From Roseibacillus sp. (GTDB lineage: Bacteria > Verrucomicrobiota > Verrucomicrobiia > Verrucomicrobiales > Akkermansiaceae), in the NCBI GenBank assembly GCA_965242925.1, contig CBDEUM010000014.1:288001-352000 (forward strand): a stretch of 64,000 bases of DNA. Direction: 5' to 3'. The notes under the pieces are model-generated. The model had not been told where the DNA came from. It made no database searches and was given only the letters and a program-made list of their open reading frames with translations. Numbering within the stretch: position 1 is the stretch's first letter; each line of letters starts with the position of its first letter. Position numbers and translations under genes: made by a program. Below, piece by piece: positions 19,566 to 31,573 of this stretch.

Positions 19566-21067
19566 TGCGTCCTGTTTTCATCCTGGCCCTCGCCTCCTGC
19601 CTCGCCTCCGCCGACGTCTGGACGGACACCTTCAGCATCGACAGAATCGCCCTCCCGCCCGGGATCGATCCGCAGATCGGCGGCATCGACACCACTCCCG
19701 GCGGCAACCTCGCCATGTGCTTTCACCGCGGCGAGGTTCTCCTCCACGACCCGGAGGCGGGTACCTGGCAGCGATTCGCGGAAGGTCTGCACGAACCACT
19801 CGGGCTTCTCGCTGAAAGCGAATCCAGTTTCCTCGTCATGCAGCGTCCCGAACTCACCCGCGTCTCCGATACCGACGGTGACGGGATGGCCGATCTCTAC
19901 GAAACCGTCTTTGACAGCTTCGGAATGACGGGCAACTACCATGAGTTTGCCTTCGGCCCCACCCGCGACCAGGAGGGCAACCTCTATCTCTCCCTCGGCA
20001 CCGCCTCCAATGGGGCGGGCATCCGGAAGGAAGTCCGCGGACGCTGGAGCGAAATCGGCCTAGCCCGCGAGCACATGCTGAATGGCCCCGGCTGGGGAAA
20101 GTTCAAGGGGCGCGCAGGCCGCATGTATGCCCGCGTACCCTACCGCGGATGGGTCCTGAAGGTCTCCCCCGATGGCAGGAAGTGGTGGCCCTTTGCCAGC
20201 GGGTTCCGGTCCCCGGAAGGACTCGGCTTCGACAAGGACGGCCGCCTCTACGTCACCGACAATCAGGGAGACTGGCTTGGAACCAGCAAGGTGTTCCATG
20301 TCCGCGAGGGACAATTCCACGGCCACCCGGCTTCCCTGGTCTGGACGGAGGGCTGGACCCGCGAACCGCTCAAGGTGCCGGTGGCTGAACTCGACAGGAT
20401 GCGCAGCCCCGCCATGGGATTGTTCCCGCATGGCGAACTGGCCAATTCGCCCACCGAACCGCACATGATCCCAAAGGGTGTCTTCGGTCCTCTCGGGGAG
20501 CAGATGCTCATCGGCGAGATGAACCATGCGAATCTCGTCCGCTTCCTGCCCGACCCAGTGGGCAATATCTCCCAGGGCGCGGCCATTCCCTTCCTGCGCA
20601 CGGGAGCGCTTGGTCGGGGGAACCATCGCATGACCTTTACCCCGGATGGATCACTCTGGATCGCCAAGACCCATCTCTTATGGGCCGGCGCAAACGGTCT
20701 GGTCAGGATCCGCCTGAAGAAAGACGCCGGGGACTTCCTGGCCATTGACCGCGTCAAACTGCTCGACCGGGGCTTCGCCCTCGGCTTCACCCAACCGGTC
20801 GATGCGGCCGTCCTGCAAGGCGTGAAAGTCCGCCGCCATACCTATAAGTATCACCAGGGCTACGGATCACCAAAGGTCGACGACAAGGACGTTCCCTGCG
20901 CGGTCACCGAGGTTTCACCGACCACCCGCACCTGCGTGGTGAAGGTCGGTGATCTGAGAGAAGGATATCTTTATACCATCAGCCTGCCGGGCGTCACCTC
21001 GACCGGGGGCAAACCCCTCCTCGGGGAGAAGGTTTATTACACTCTCGTGAAGAAACGCGGCTCGTGA
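19565..21067 (+). CDS. secreted beta-propeller protein (PQQ/sorbosone dehydrogenase-like)
   Basis: FAEGLHEPLGL, QRPELTR, DTDGDGMAD, GNYHEFAFG, SGFRSPEG, TDNQGDW; TGATG coupling to the upstream cytochrome. Confidence 0.75.
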   Translation: MRPVFILALASCLASADVWTDTFSIDRIALPPGIDPQIGGIDTTPGGNLAMCFHRGEVLLHDPEAGTWQRFAEGLHEPLGLLAESESSFLVMQRPELTRVSDTDGDGMADLYETVFDSFGMTGNYHEFAFGPTRDQEGNLYLSLGTASNGAGIRKEVRGRWSEIGLAREHMLNGPGWGKFKGRAGRMYARVPYRGWVLKVSPDGRKWWPFASGFRSPEGLGFDKDGRLYVTDNQGDWLGTSKVFHVREGQFHGHPASLVWTEGWTREPLKVPVAELDRMRSPAMGLFPHGELANSPTEPHMIPKGVFGPLGEQMLIGEMNHANLVRFLPDPVGNISQGAAIPFLRTGALGRGNHRMTFTPDGSLWIAKTHLLWAGANGLVRIRLKKDAGDFLAIDRVKLLDRGFALGFTQPVDAAVLQGVKVRRHTYKYHQGYGSPKVDDKDVPCAVTEVSPTTRTCVVKVGDLREGYLYTISLPGVTSTGGKPLLGEKVYYTLVKKRGS

Positions 21068-21380
21068 GGAAACTCGACGGGGAAATCTCCAAATAAGACC
21101 AATCTCCAAGTTCCCAAAACTCAGGACGCGGGAGGATTGCTCTTTGGATCCTGAGATTTACCTGGAAATTGGCCTGTCGAGCCTGCGCCTTGAGATTAGG
21201 ACTGAGAATCAGGCTGTCGCGCCGATATCGGCCCGCCGCAAATTCTCCTGAATCCCCGCTTCCTCTCGCTATGGATTACCCATGAAAGCTCCAGTTCCTG
21301 AATCGTCCCCATCCCCAAAAAAACTCGCCTCGCGGATCTAATCCATCTAAAATCGAGGTCCCCCATCTCCTCTTCTTGTC

Positions 21381-24300
21381 ATGACCTCTCCCTCTCTTCT
21401 GGCTCTGGTCGCGCTGGTTCTGGCGGCTACTTTTCTAGCGCCCCCGCTGCGGGCCGAAGATGACACCTTTCAGCCCATCGAGGCCCAGATGACCAATCGG
21501 GCAGTGGTCATGAAATTGACCGGCGGCGTGCGGCGTGTCCGCCTGCGCGTGCGCACTGAAGAGGGCGCTTGGAAGACGGTCACCATCGCCCACCTCGAGG
21601 GCAGTGAGGGTTTCCTTAAACTCCGCCTGCCCGACGACGTGGCCGAGGAAGACTGCGAGATCTCCATCAGCAAATACGATCCCTTTCCCTACCGCGTTTA
21701 CCAGGGGGCCACCAAATTCGACCCCACCGATTCGGACGGCAATCAAGCCGCCCTGGCCGGGGGTGAGCGCTTCGCGGCTGTGGACGCAACGAGCCCGGAA
21801 GGCGAGGAAGTGGTGGAAGAGTCCGACATCTGGAAATGGCGCGACGAGACTCTCTACTTTTTCAACCAGTACAAGGGTCTCCAGGCCATCGATGTCTCCG
21901 ATCCCGCCGCGCCCAGGCGACTCGCCACCTACCCCGTCGATGGCTACGGCGAGCAGATGTACATCCACCCGCAGTCCAATCTCGTCATGCTTCTCAATTA
22001 CGATCGCAATACGGGCGACGGCAGGGTCGACCTGGTGGCCCACGACTCGCCCACCGAACTCACCCTGCGGGACACCTTCCGCGTCCCGGGTGCCATCCTG
22101 GAATCCCGCCTCATCGGCAACATCCTCTACGTGATCTCCCGCGACTCGTGGCGGGTTGAGACCACGGACCAGGACGGTGTCGTGCACGTTTTGAACCGAT
22201 CCGGCCTGGCCATCACCAAGATCGACCTCAATGATCCCGAAAACCCGATTGTCGATTACCCCCTGAGCCTCGGCAGCGAGCTTTACAGCTACTGGGGCGC
22301 GCAGGTCCAGGCCACCTCCGAGGCCCTCCTCATTTCCACCAACGCCTACGACCAGGTGCGCGGCCAGTCGATCTCCACTGTCCACGTGGTCGACATCTCC
22401 AATCCCAACCAACTCCCACAGGTCTCTCACCGCTTCCAGGTGGCCGGCGAGGTCCGCAACAAGTTCAACATGCGGCTCAGGGACGACGTCCTCACCGTGG
22501 TGAGCCAGATCTGGCGCAACATCAACGGAACTCGCCGGATCAGTGCCAGCGTAGAGGCCTTCGACCTCGCCACCGGACGCCGCGGAGGATCTCTCACCTT
22601 CGCCAACAACGAGACCATCACTGCCGCCCGCTTTTCGGGGGACCTCCTCTACGTAGTGACCTTCCTGCGCATCGACCCGCTCTTTGTGATCGACCTCTCG
22701 CGGCCTCTCTCTCCCCGCATGGTGAGCGAGTTGGAGATCCCCGGCTTTTCCACCTACCTGCAGCCTTACGGCGAAGACGCCCTCCTTTCCATCGGAGTGG
22801 AAGACCGCAAGATCGCAGTCTCCTGGTTCGATGTGAGCGATCCCTCCAACACTTCCCTGGCCTCCCGCGTCTACATCGGCGCAGAAGATGGCTGGGCCTG
22901 GACCGAGGCCAACTGGGATGAAAAGGCCTTCGGCTATTATCCCGCCGACGACCTTCTCCTCGTGCCCTACCAGGGATCCGATCCGGAGAAGGGACGGCAG
23001 AGCGGGGTGCAACTGGTCGAACTGGGCGACCGGGAACTCACCAAGCGCGGATCCTTCGAGCACCAGTTCCAGGCCCGCCGCGCCAAGGTGCTAAACGATG
23101 CGGTGGTCTCCATCTCCGGCCGTGCCCTGCGTTCGCTCGACATCAGCGACCGCGACAACCCCAAGCTCCTGGCCGAACTGATGCTCGCCTGGCCCGTCGA
23201 CTCCGTCTACCGGAAGGACAACCGGCTCTACCAGCTGGAACGCGGGGACAACTCCTGGCAGTGGTGGGGAAGCAGTGCGGACTCCTCCTACCTCCACCTC
23301 AGCCCGGCGGACGATGCCGAGGAACTGATCACCACCCTCGAACTGCCCGGCGGTGAGCTGAGCGGGTCGTTTCTTCATGACAATTGCCTCTTCGTGGCGC
23401 AGACCCGGTCCCTCATCGTGGAAGGGGAACCCACCCGCGTGATCTTCACCACCAGCGTGATCGACCTCGGCGATCCGGACCGGCCCATCATCGTCGGCAG
23501 CCACGACCATACCTCTGAAATCGAAGACCACTTCGGATGGGGCTTTGGTGCGGACTATACGGGCACCTTGCTCCCGGACGGCACGCTCCTCTGGCACCCC
23601 AGCGAACTGAGTTCTGCCTGGGGCTTCCCCCTCCGGGATCTCGACTGGGGACCGGGCCTCTGGGCTCCACCCACCCCGGGCCGGGCCTACAGCGTCGATA
23701 TCTCCGACAAGACCAACCCCCGGATCCTGGCCTCCGTCGGCCTCGAGACCGGGGAAGAAACCTGGTCGGAGGGCGCGGTCATCGTTGTCGGTTCCACCCT
23801 CTACTACGGCACCCAAAAGAGCGAGCCCATTGCAGAGCGCGACGAAACCAGCCGCTGGATCGCGCGTCACTGGCTGGGCCACGTCGACTTCAGCGACCCC
23901 GCCCATCCGGTGGAGGGCGACCCGGCGGAACTGCCCGGCACCTTCGAGCACGGCGTCCTCACTCCCTCCGGCGGCCATCTCCTCTTCAGCACACACCGGG
24001 AGTCCTACCGCGACCAGGATGACAGCTGGCATCAGGATCTCAAGATCCAGACCCTCGCCTTCGATGGCGTGAACGCCTTTTTCATCGCAGAAGTCACGGC
24101 CCCCGATTGGGCCTGGGGCGCGAAGGCCTTCGAGGGAGCGACCATGACGCTGGGAAATGACTCCTACGCTGAAGATCTACGCACCGCTCAAATCGACATC
24201 CACCGCTGGAACTTCGATGGCACCTTCCTGGATATCCAGAAGTGGGAGTTTCCCGATCTGCGCGTCTACGACCTCCATATCGAAGACGACCTCCTCATTA

Positions 24301-25079
24301 TCGCAGGCGGCGATCTCACCTTTATCGACTTCGCGGATCCTTCCGATCCCACTCCCACCTTCGTCACCTTCCGGCCCCGTAACTACTACTGGCACCGCCC
24401 CGGGGAGATCGAGATCCATGAGCGCTCCTTCGCCTACGTGCCCCAAAATATCTATGGCGTTGAGGTCCTCGACTTCGGAGGGGCCTTCGATCCGAATCCC
24501 GACCCGGGCCCACAACCCACAGAGCGTCCCGGCGACGAGTGGGACAAGGTTTCGCTCGAGTGGCTCCCCCTCACCTACGCAGACAATTCGCTCATGCTGG
24601 CAGCCCTCCCGCCCACCGCGAACTGGTCCATCTGCATCCCCGGAGAAGGCTTCTGCATGTCCTACGAGGACTGGGCCCGCCAAGCCTTCCAGCTAGACGA
24701 AGGCGACCCCATCCCGGACTTCTCCGCCGATGACGACCGCGATGGCCGCGACAATGGCTGGGAGTACTTCACCGGAACCGATCCACAAGAGGCGCGCCAC
24801 TACGCCGACTTCGAGATTCAGCTCGTCACCGACAGGGACGGTGAGCAGTACCTGAGCGGACACGTCCTCGTGAATCCCTCTGCTCCCGTTCTCTCCAACA
24901 TGATCCCGGAGCTCTCCCACGACCTCATCGAGTGGCAGAGCGACACCCGGCTCTTTGAGGTGGCCGCCCATCCCTTCGAGCTCCGGCCCGGATTGGGATG
25001 GAGAACGGCCAGCCCGGTCCGAGATCACAAGGAAGCCTTCCTGCGGGTCAAGGTGAGTCCCGCCCTGCCCGGAAACTAG
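21381..25079 (+). CDS. secreted beta-propeller domain protein
   Basis: VEESDIWK, YVVTFLRIDPLFVIDLS, ELEIPGFSTYLQP motifs; signal peptide. Confidence 0.8.
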   Translation: MTSPSLLALVALVLAATFLAPPLRAEDDTFQPIEAQMTNRAVVMKLTGGVRRVRLRVRTEEGAWKTVTIAHLEGSEGFLKLRLPDDVAEEDCEISISKYDPFPYRVYQGATKFDPTDSDGNQAALAGGERFAAVDATSPEGEEVVEESDIWKWRDETLYFFNQYKGLQAIDVSDPAAPRRLATYPVDGYGEQMYIHPQSNLVMLLNYDRNTGDGRVDLVAHDSPTELTLRDTFRVPGAILESRLIGNILYVISRDSWRVETTDQDGVVHVLNRSGLAITKIDLNDPENPIVDYPLSLGSELYSYWGAQVQATSEALLISTNAYDQVRGQSISTVHVVDISNPNQLPQVSHRFQVAGEVRNKFNMRLRDDVLTVVSQIWRNINGTRRISASVEAFDLATGRRGGSLTFANNETITAARFSGDLLYVVTFLRIDPLFVIDLSRPLSPRMVSELEIPGFSTYLQPYGEDALLSIGVEDRKIAVSWFDVSDPSNTSLASRVYIGAEDGWAWTEANWDEKAFGYYPADDLLLVPYQGSDPEKGRQSGVQLVELGDRELTKRGSFEHQFQARRAKVLNDAVVSISGRALRSLDISDRDNPKLLAELMLAWPVDSVYRKDNRLYQLERGDNSWQWWGSSADSSYLHLSPADDAEELITTLELPGGELSGSFLHDNCLFVAQTRSLIVEGEPTRVIFTTSVIDLGDPDRPIIVGSHDHTSEIEDHFGWGFGADYTGTLLPDGTLLWHPSELSSAWGFPLRDLDWGPGLWAPPTPGRAYSVDISDKTNPRILASVGLETGEETWSEGAVIVVGSTLYYGTQKSEPIAERDETSRWIARHWLGHVDFSDPAHPVEGDPAELPGTFEHGVLTPSGGHLLFSTHRESYRDQDDSWHQDLKIQTLAFDGVNAFFIAEVTAPDWAWGAKAFEGATMTLGNDSYAEDLRTAQIDIHRWNFDGTFLDIQKWEFPDLRVYDLHIEDDLLIIAGGDLTFIDFADPSDPTPTFVTFRPRNYYWHRPGEIEIHERSFAYVPQNIYGVEVLDFGGAFDPNPDPGPQPTERPGDEWDKVSLEWLPLTYADNSLMLAALPPTANWSICIPGEGFCMSYEDWARQAFQLDEGDPIPDFSADDDRDGRDNGWEYFTGTDPQEARHYADFEIQLVTDRDGEQYLSGHVLVNPSAPVLSNMIPELSHDLIEWQSDTRLFEVAAHPFELRPGLGWRTASPVRDHKEAFLRVKVSPALPGN

Positions 25080-25129
25080 CGAATTGATCAGTGCTGGAAT
25101 TTCCGCACTTCCCGGGATAGGATCCCCGG

Positions 25130-25903
25130 GTGCGGAAGATCCTCATCCGGGCCACCCTCATCCTTCTGCTCGTCGGCACCTGCTTCGCTGGCTGGGTTTA
25201 CCGTGCCAGGATTGTCGCTCTGGTAGAGACGGCCATCGTTTCGTCCACCGCCTCCGACCCTGCTCCCGACCCTGAGACCTATTCCGTCCTCTCAGAGAGC
25301 CTGGAGGAACATCGCAGGCGCCTGAGCACCGACTACCTTCGGACCACCAGCAACACCGAGCGCACGAAAATCCTGGGACAGGCCCGCAAATTGCTGGAAA
25401 TGAGCCTTCCCCGCCTGATGCGCTGCTGGTTGGGCACCCCCTGGGACTTCAATGGCATCGCACACGAACCGGGCGACGGCAAGGTGGCCTGTGGATACTT
25501 CGTTTCCTCCGTTCTCCAGGATGCGGGCTTCCGTGTTGAGTGGGCCCCTCTCGCCCAGCAGGCGTCGCAGAACATCCTGGGCACCTTTCTCTCTCCTGAC
25601 GACATGAAGATCCGGGTGGGTGTTGACTACGAGCGGTTTCTCTCCGAAGTCCTGTCCTGCGGGAACGGAATCTATATCGTGGGCCTCGACAGCCACGTCG
25701 CCTTCCTGGTGGTCACCGACGGAGGCGAGATCCATTTCATCCATTCCTCTGGCGCCAGCCCCTACTGCGTGGTCGACGAATCCCGCGAGGACGCCCAGGT
25801 CCTGCGCCGTTCCAACTACCGCGTGACCGGCAACCTCACCGCCAACAGCGAGGTGATCCGCAACTGGCTCCTGGGCGCCAGATTCAAGACCAGGACCCTC
25901 TGA
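25130..25903 (+). CDS. membrane-anchored hypothetical protein, NlpC/P60-like (papain-like Cys-His)
   Basis: WLGTPWDFNG, ACGYFVSSVL, DSHVAFL, FIHSS. Confidence 0.55.
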   Translation: MRKILIRATLILLLVGTCFAGWVYRARIVALVETAIVSSTASDPAPDPETYSVLSESLEEHRRRLSTDYLRTTSNTERTKILGQARKLLEMSLPRLMRCWLGTPWDFNGIAHEPGDGKVACGYFVSSVLQDAGFRVEWAPLAQQASQNILGTFLSPDDMKIRVGVDYERFLSEVLSCGNGIYIVGLDSHVAFLVVTDGGEIHFIHSSGASPYCVVDESREDAQVLRRSNYRVTGNLTANSEVIRNWLLGARFKTRTL

Positions 25904-25939
25904 CCGGAGGCGGAGCGGCCCCGGCAGGAAGGATGCCGC

Positions 25940-26488
25940 TCAAATCTCGCCGGAATCATTGCCGAGGAGAGCCAGGCAGTCCGCCCGCGACCTGGGCAAT
26001 CCTCCAAAAGCCCGCTCCAGAGCCGCTCCCGCATTCAGCCCTTCATGGCCCACTCCCAGCAGTTCCGCCAGCTGCCGCTCGTAGTGCAGGAGCGTCCTAC
26101 GGTCCGCCGGTGCCTTCACGAGGTAGGAAAGGGCGCGCCGCAACAGATCGAAGAGTTCCGGAACGGGGTGCTCACGCTCTACTCCCTGTTCAAGAAGCTG
26201 CCCAAAGTAGGCCGCCAGCATTGTGTGGGCATAGCTGCGACGCAACTCGGTGCGAAACTCGGCCACCTCCGCCTCCTTCAGGATGTGCAATTCGCTTTTC
26301 CGGCTGGGCACCCACACGAGGTCCGCTTCCACAAAGAGGTCGAGCTTGCCCGCAAAAGGGCTCTTTGCCCTCCGGGCACCCTTCGCCACCGTCTTCAACA
26401 AACCCGCCTCCTCGGTGCACCAGTGCACGATCAGGCTGGTGTCACCCAGCCTGGTGAGCCGGATCACAATCCCGCGCGCCTTGTCCAT
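25940..26488 (-). CDS. recO: DNA repair protein RecO (short form)
   Basis: GIVIRL...DTSLIVHW...GLLKTVAKGARRAKSPFAGKLDLF OB-fold signature. Confidence 0.85.
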   Translation of the reverse strand: MDKARGIVIRLTRLGDTSLIVHWCTEEAGLLKTVAKGARRAKSPFAGKLDLFVEADLVWVPSRKSELHILKEAEVAEFRTELRRSYAHTMLAAYFGQLLEQGVEREHPVPELFDLLRRALSYLVKAPADRRTLLHYERQLAELLGVGHEGLNAGAALERAFGGLPRSRADCLALLGNDSGEI

Positions 26489-26695
26489 CCCCCACGTTCT
26501 AGATTTCCCCGAGGGGAGCGGGCCCCCGGCCGGACACCGGCATCATGATCAGATCCTGCCCCCCTGCGCATATCATCACCCCAACCTCCCGAGCCCGCCT
26601 CCCCCTGTCAAGGCTGCGCTGAAAGAGGAAGATTGCGCTACGGTTTCGATGGCCGCGGCCCACCATCTCTGGTAGGGCATCGTTCTTCCGCCACA

Positions 26696-27916
26696 ATGTC
26701 TGCGCTCGTCTCCCTTCTCGGAATGGCCGCCCTCCTGGGCATCGCAGTGCTTGCTTCCTCCGATCGGCGCGCCATTCGCCTCCGCAGCGTCCTGGGAGCC
26801 TTTCTCGTCCAGGCGGGGCTCGGAGCCTTCGTCCTCTTCACTCCCTGGGGCCAAGCGGTCCTGGGCGCTCTCTCGGAGCTGGTCCGGGCCATCATCACGA
26901 GCGGGGACAAGGGCATCTCCTTTCTCTTCGGCTCACTCGCCGAGCAGGACTCGATGGGCTTCATCTTCGTGGTCAGGGTTCTCCCCGTCATCATCTTTTT
27001 TGCTTCGCTGATCGCGGTCCTCTACCACCTGAAGATCATGCCTCTCATCATCCGGACCCTCGGGGGAGCCCTCCGCAAGGCCCTGGGGACGAGCCGGGCA
27101 GAATCCCTCTCGGCCACCGCCAATATCTTCGTGGGACAGACCGAGGCTCCGCTCGTGGTGCGCCCCTACATCCCCCGCATGACCCAGTCCGAGCTCTTCG
27201 CCATCATGGTGGGCGGGCTTGCTTCCATCGCCGGATCGGTCCTCGCCGCCTATGCCGGCATGGGAGTGAAGCTGGAATATCTCCTCGCCGCCTCCTTCAT
27301 GGCGGCCCCAGGCGGATTGCTCTTTGCAAAGATCCTTCTCCCCGAGAGTGAAGTACCCGAGGAACACCTGCCCCATGACGATGAGGAGGACAAACCCGTC
27401 AACGTCCTCGACGCCGCGGCCCAGGGAGCCTCCGCCGGCCTGAAACTCGCCCTCAATGTAGGGGCCATGCTACTTGCCTTCATCGCGCTCATCGCGCTCC
27501 TCAATCTTGGCCTGGGAACGGTGGGGGGCTGGTTCGGACACTCCGATCTCACCCTCCAGCAGATCCTGGGCGTTCTCTTCGCTCCTCTCGCCTGGATCCT
27601 CGGTGTTCCCTGGGAGGAGGCCGGCCGGGCCGGGAGCTTCATCGGCCAGAAGATTGTCCTCAACGAGTTCGTGGCTTACAAGGCGCTCCTCGACGACGGC
27701 TCCCTCTCACCACTCTCCGAGGGCATCGTCACTTTTGCGCTCTGCGGCTTCGCGAATCTTTCCTCCATCGCCATCCTGCTCGGGGGACTGGGGGGAATGG
27801 CCCCTACCCGACGCAAGGACATCGCCCGCCTGGGCCTGAAGGCCGTCTTTGCAGCTTCCCTCGCCAACTTCATGAGCGCCGCCATCGCCGGTCTCTTTCT
27901 CGCCCTGAGCCTGTAA
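26696..27916 (+). CDS. nupC: concentrative nucleoside transporter (CNT/NupC family)
   Basis: [47 protein letters not shown]. Confidence 0.93.
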   Translation: MSALVSLLGMAALLGIAVLASSDRRAIRLRSVLGAFLVQAGLGAFVLFTPWGQAVLGALSELVRAIITSGDKGISFLFGSLAEQDSMGFIFVVRVLPVIIFFASLIAVLYHLKIMPLIIRTLGGALRKALGTSRAESLSATANIFVGQTEAPLVVRPYIPRMTQSELFAIMVGGLASIAGSVLAAYAGMGVKLEYLLAASFMAAPGGLLFAKILLPESEVPEEHLPHDDEEDKPVNVLDAAAQGASAGLKLALNVGAMLLAFIALIALLNLGLGTVGGWFGHSDLTLQQILGVLFAPLAWILGVPWEEAGRAGSFIGQKIVLNEFVAYKALLDDGSLSPLSEGIVTFALCGFANLSSIAILLGGLGGMAPTRRKDIARLGLKAVFAASLANFMSAAIAGLFLALSL

Positions 27917-27963
27917 GAAAAATCAAGCCCATGCCGGACCCGCAGCCATCTTCCAGAAAACCA

Positions 27964-28131
27964 ATGATCGAGATTTTCCTCGCCCTCGCCGTCGGCATGG
28001 TCGTCGGCTTCCTCTTCAGTGCCTGCAAGCTCCCCCTCCCTGCCCCGCCGGCCATTGCCGGGGTGGTGGGAATCGTGGGAATCTATCTCGGAGCCCAAGT
28101 CTGGCCCCTGCTCGCAAACCTGTTTTCCTGA
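27964..28131 (+). CDS. XapX (DUF1427) domain small membrane protein
   Basis: LAVGMVVGFLFSACKLPLPAPPAIAGVVGIVGIYLG. Confidence 0.85.
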   Translation: MIEIFLALAVGMVVGFLFSACKLPLPAPPAIAGVVGIVGIYLGAQVWPLLANLFS

Positions 28132-28160
28132 ACGCCCTGCAGCCGCCAAAACCTGCCGTG

Positions 28161-29485
<1,325 letters not shown>

Positions 29486-29489
<4 letters not shown>

Positions 29490-30709
29490 AACGAGTCATC
29501 CTTCTCGTCATGGACTCCCTCGGAATCGGGAGCGCCCCCGATGCGGCCCGTTTCAGAGGGGACGGCTTTACCGACGAGGGTGCCAACACCCTGGGACACA
29601 TCGCCGATACCCTTGCCCTCGCCGGCACCCCCCTCCAGCTTCCCAATCTCGCCCGGTTGGGACTCCTGCACGCCTTCCTCGCCAAGTGCGGAAGCCCTCC
29701 CGCCGGGATGATCCCGCCGGAGGAAGTCGCAGGCTCCTGGGCTTTCGCCCGGGAAATCAGCCCGGGCAAGGACACCCCTAGCGGACACTGGGAAATTGCC
29801 GGCGTCCCGGTTCCCTTCGACTGGTCCTACTTTCCGAAGGAGAGGCCGTGCTTTCCCGCGGAACTGCTTGCCCGGATCGCTGAGCGCAGCAGAGTGGAAG
29901 GCTCGCTCGGCAATTGCCACAGCTCGGGCACCGAAATCATCTCCCGGCTGGGTGGGGAGCACCTCACCACCGGCAGGCCCATCTGCTACACCTCGGCTGA
30001 TAGTGTCTTCCAGATTGCCGCTCACGAGGAACACTTCGGCCTCGAACGACTGCTCGACCTGTGCCGCTGCGTCCGCAGCCTTCTCGACGAAAGCGACCTC
30101 ATGATTGGACGGGTCATCGCCCGGCCCTTCCTCGGATCCGGTCCCGAGGATTTCAAACGGACCGGTAACCGCCACGATTTCGCGATCCCTCCCCCTGCTC
30201 CCACCGTTCTCCAGAAAGTCTGCGAGGCGGGCGGATCCGTCATCGGGGTAGGTAAAATTGGCGACATCTACGCTCACACCGGCATCACCGAAGAGATCAG
30301 GGCCAGTGGTCACCCGGCACTCTGGCAAAACACCCTGTCCGCCCTCCAGCGGACCGGCGATCGCAGCCTCGTGATGACCAATTTTGTCGACTTTGATGCC
30401 CTCTACGGTCATCGGCGCGATGTTCCGGGCTACGGTCAGGCCCTGCAGGAATTCGATGCCGCCCTCCCCGCCCTCCTCGGGGCCCTTGAGCCGGACGATC
30501 TCCTCATCATCACAGCGGATCATGGAAACGACCCTACCTGGCCCGGAACCGACCACACCCGCGAGGACGTCCCGGTCCTGCTGCATGGCAACGCCGTTCC
30601 AGCCGGGGCCGACCGGGGGGCGCGGGAAACCTTTGCAGACATCGGCCAGACCATCGCAGACTACTTCTCGTTACCCGCCATGGAGAGCGGTACGTCCCTC
30701 CTGGGCTAG
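29486..30709 (+). CDS. deoB: phosphopentomutase
   Basis: [57 protein letters not shown]. Confidence 0.95.
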
Positions 30710-30741
30710 TTTCTCCCCGGAAGCATCACCCCCCATCCGCC

Positions 30742-31452
30742 ATGCCCACTCCCACCCCTCATATTGAAGCCGCTCCCGGGGATTTTGCTCCCACCGTCCT
30801 CATGCCCGGCGACCCCCTGCGGGCCCGCCACATCGCGGAAAGTTTCCTCGAAGAGACCCGACAGGTCAACGGCGTGCGGGGGATGCTGGCCTTCACCGGC
30901 AGCTACCAGGGAAGCGCGATCTCGGTTATGGGGAGTGGGATGGGTATTCCTTCCATCTCCATCTACGCGAGGGAACTGTGGACCGAGTACGGGGTGGAGA
31001 ACATCATCCGGGTGGGGAGCTGTGGCACTTCGCACCAGGGGGTCAAGCTCCGCGACATCCTGATCGGAACCGGAGCGTGTACAGACTCCAAGGTCAACCG
31101 CAACCGCTTCCGGGACCACGACTTCGCGGCCATCGCGGACTTTGAATTGGCCCGTCGAGCGGTGACGGCCGCCGAGCAACTCGAAATCCCGGTCCGCATC
31201 GGCAACCTCTTCTCCGCCGACCTCTTTTACACCCCGGACCCCGACATGTTCGACGTCATGGAGAGAATGGGCGTGCTGGGCATTGAGATGGAAGCAGCGG
31301 GGCTTTACGGCTGTGCCGCCGAGTGCGGAAAGCGGGCCCTTGCCATCTGCACGGTTTCCGACCACATCCGGACCGGCGAAGCCACCACTTCCGAGGAACG
31401 CCAGACGAGCTTCAACGACATGATCCGGGTTGCTCTGGCATCGGTGTCCTGA
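30742..31452 (+). CDS. deoD: purine nucleoside phosphorylase (hexameric type)
   Basis: [40 protein letters not shown]. Confidence 0.95.
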   Translation: MPTPTPHIEAAPGDFAPTVLMPGDPLRARHIAESFLEETRQVNGVRGMLAFTGSYQGSAISVMGSGMGIPSISIYARELWTEYGVENIIRVGSCGTSHQGVKLRDILIGTGACTDSKVNRNRFRDHDFAAIADFELARRAVTAAEQLEIPVRIGNLFSADLFYTPDPDMFDVMERMGVLGIEMEAAGLYGCAAECGKRALAICTVSDHIRTGEATTSEERQTSFNDMIRVALASVS

Positions 31453-31573
31453 TCCGCGACGAGAGAACCGTCCCGGGGCTTTTCAAACGGTGCTCCGCGT
31501 GATCAATGCTGCGCTTCGAAAAGGTGAAGGCAGGCTGAAACAATCCAACCCCCGAATCATCGCAACAGCCCGA

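Noticed and set aside
21435..23063. Long antisense ORFs (e.g. 21435-23063, 40715-42316, 16606-17691, 4760-5965)
   Set aside because: Expected shadow ORFs of GC-rich coding sequence; they overlap genes with clear family motifs
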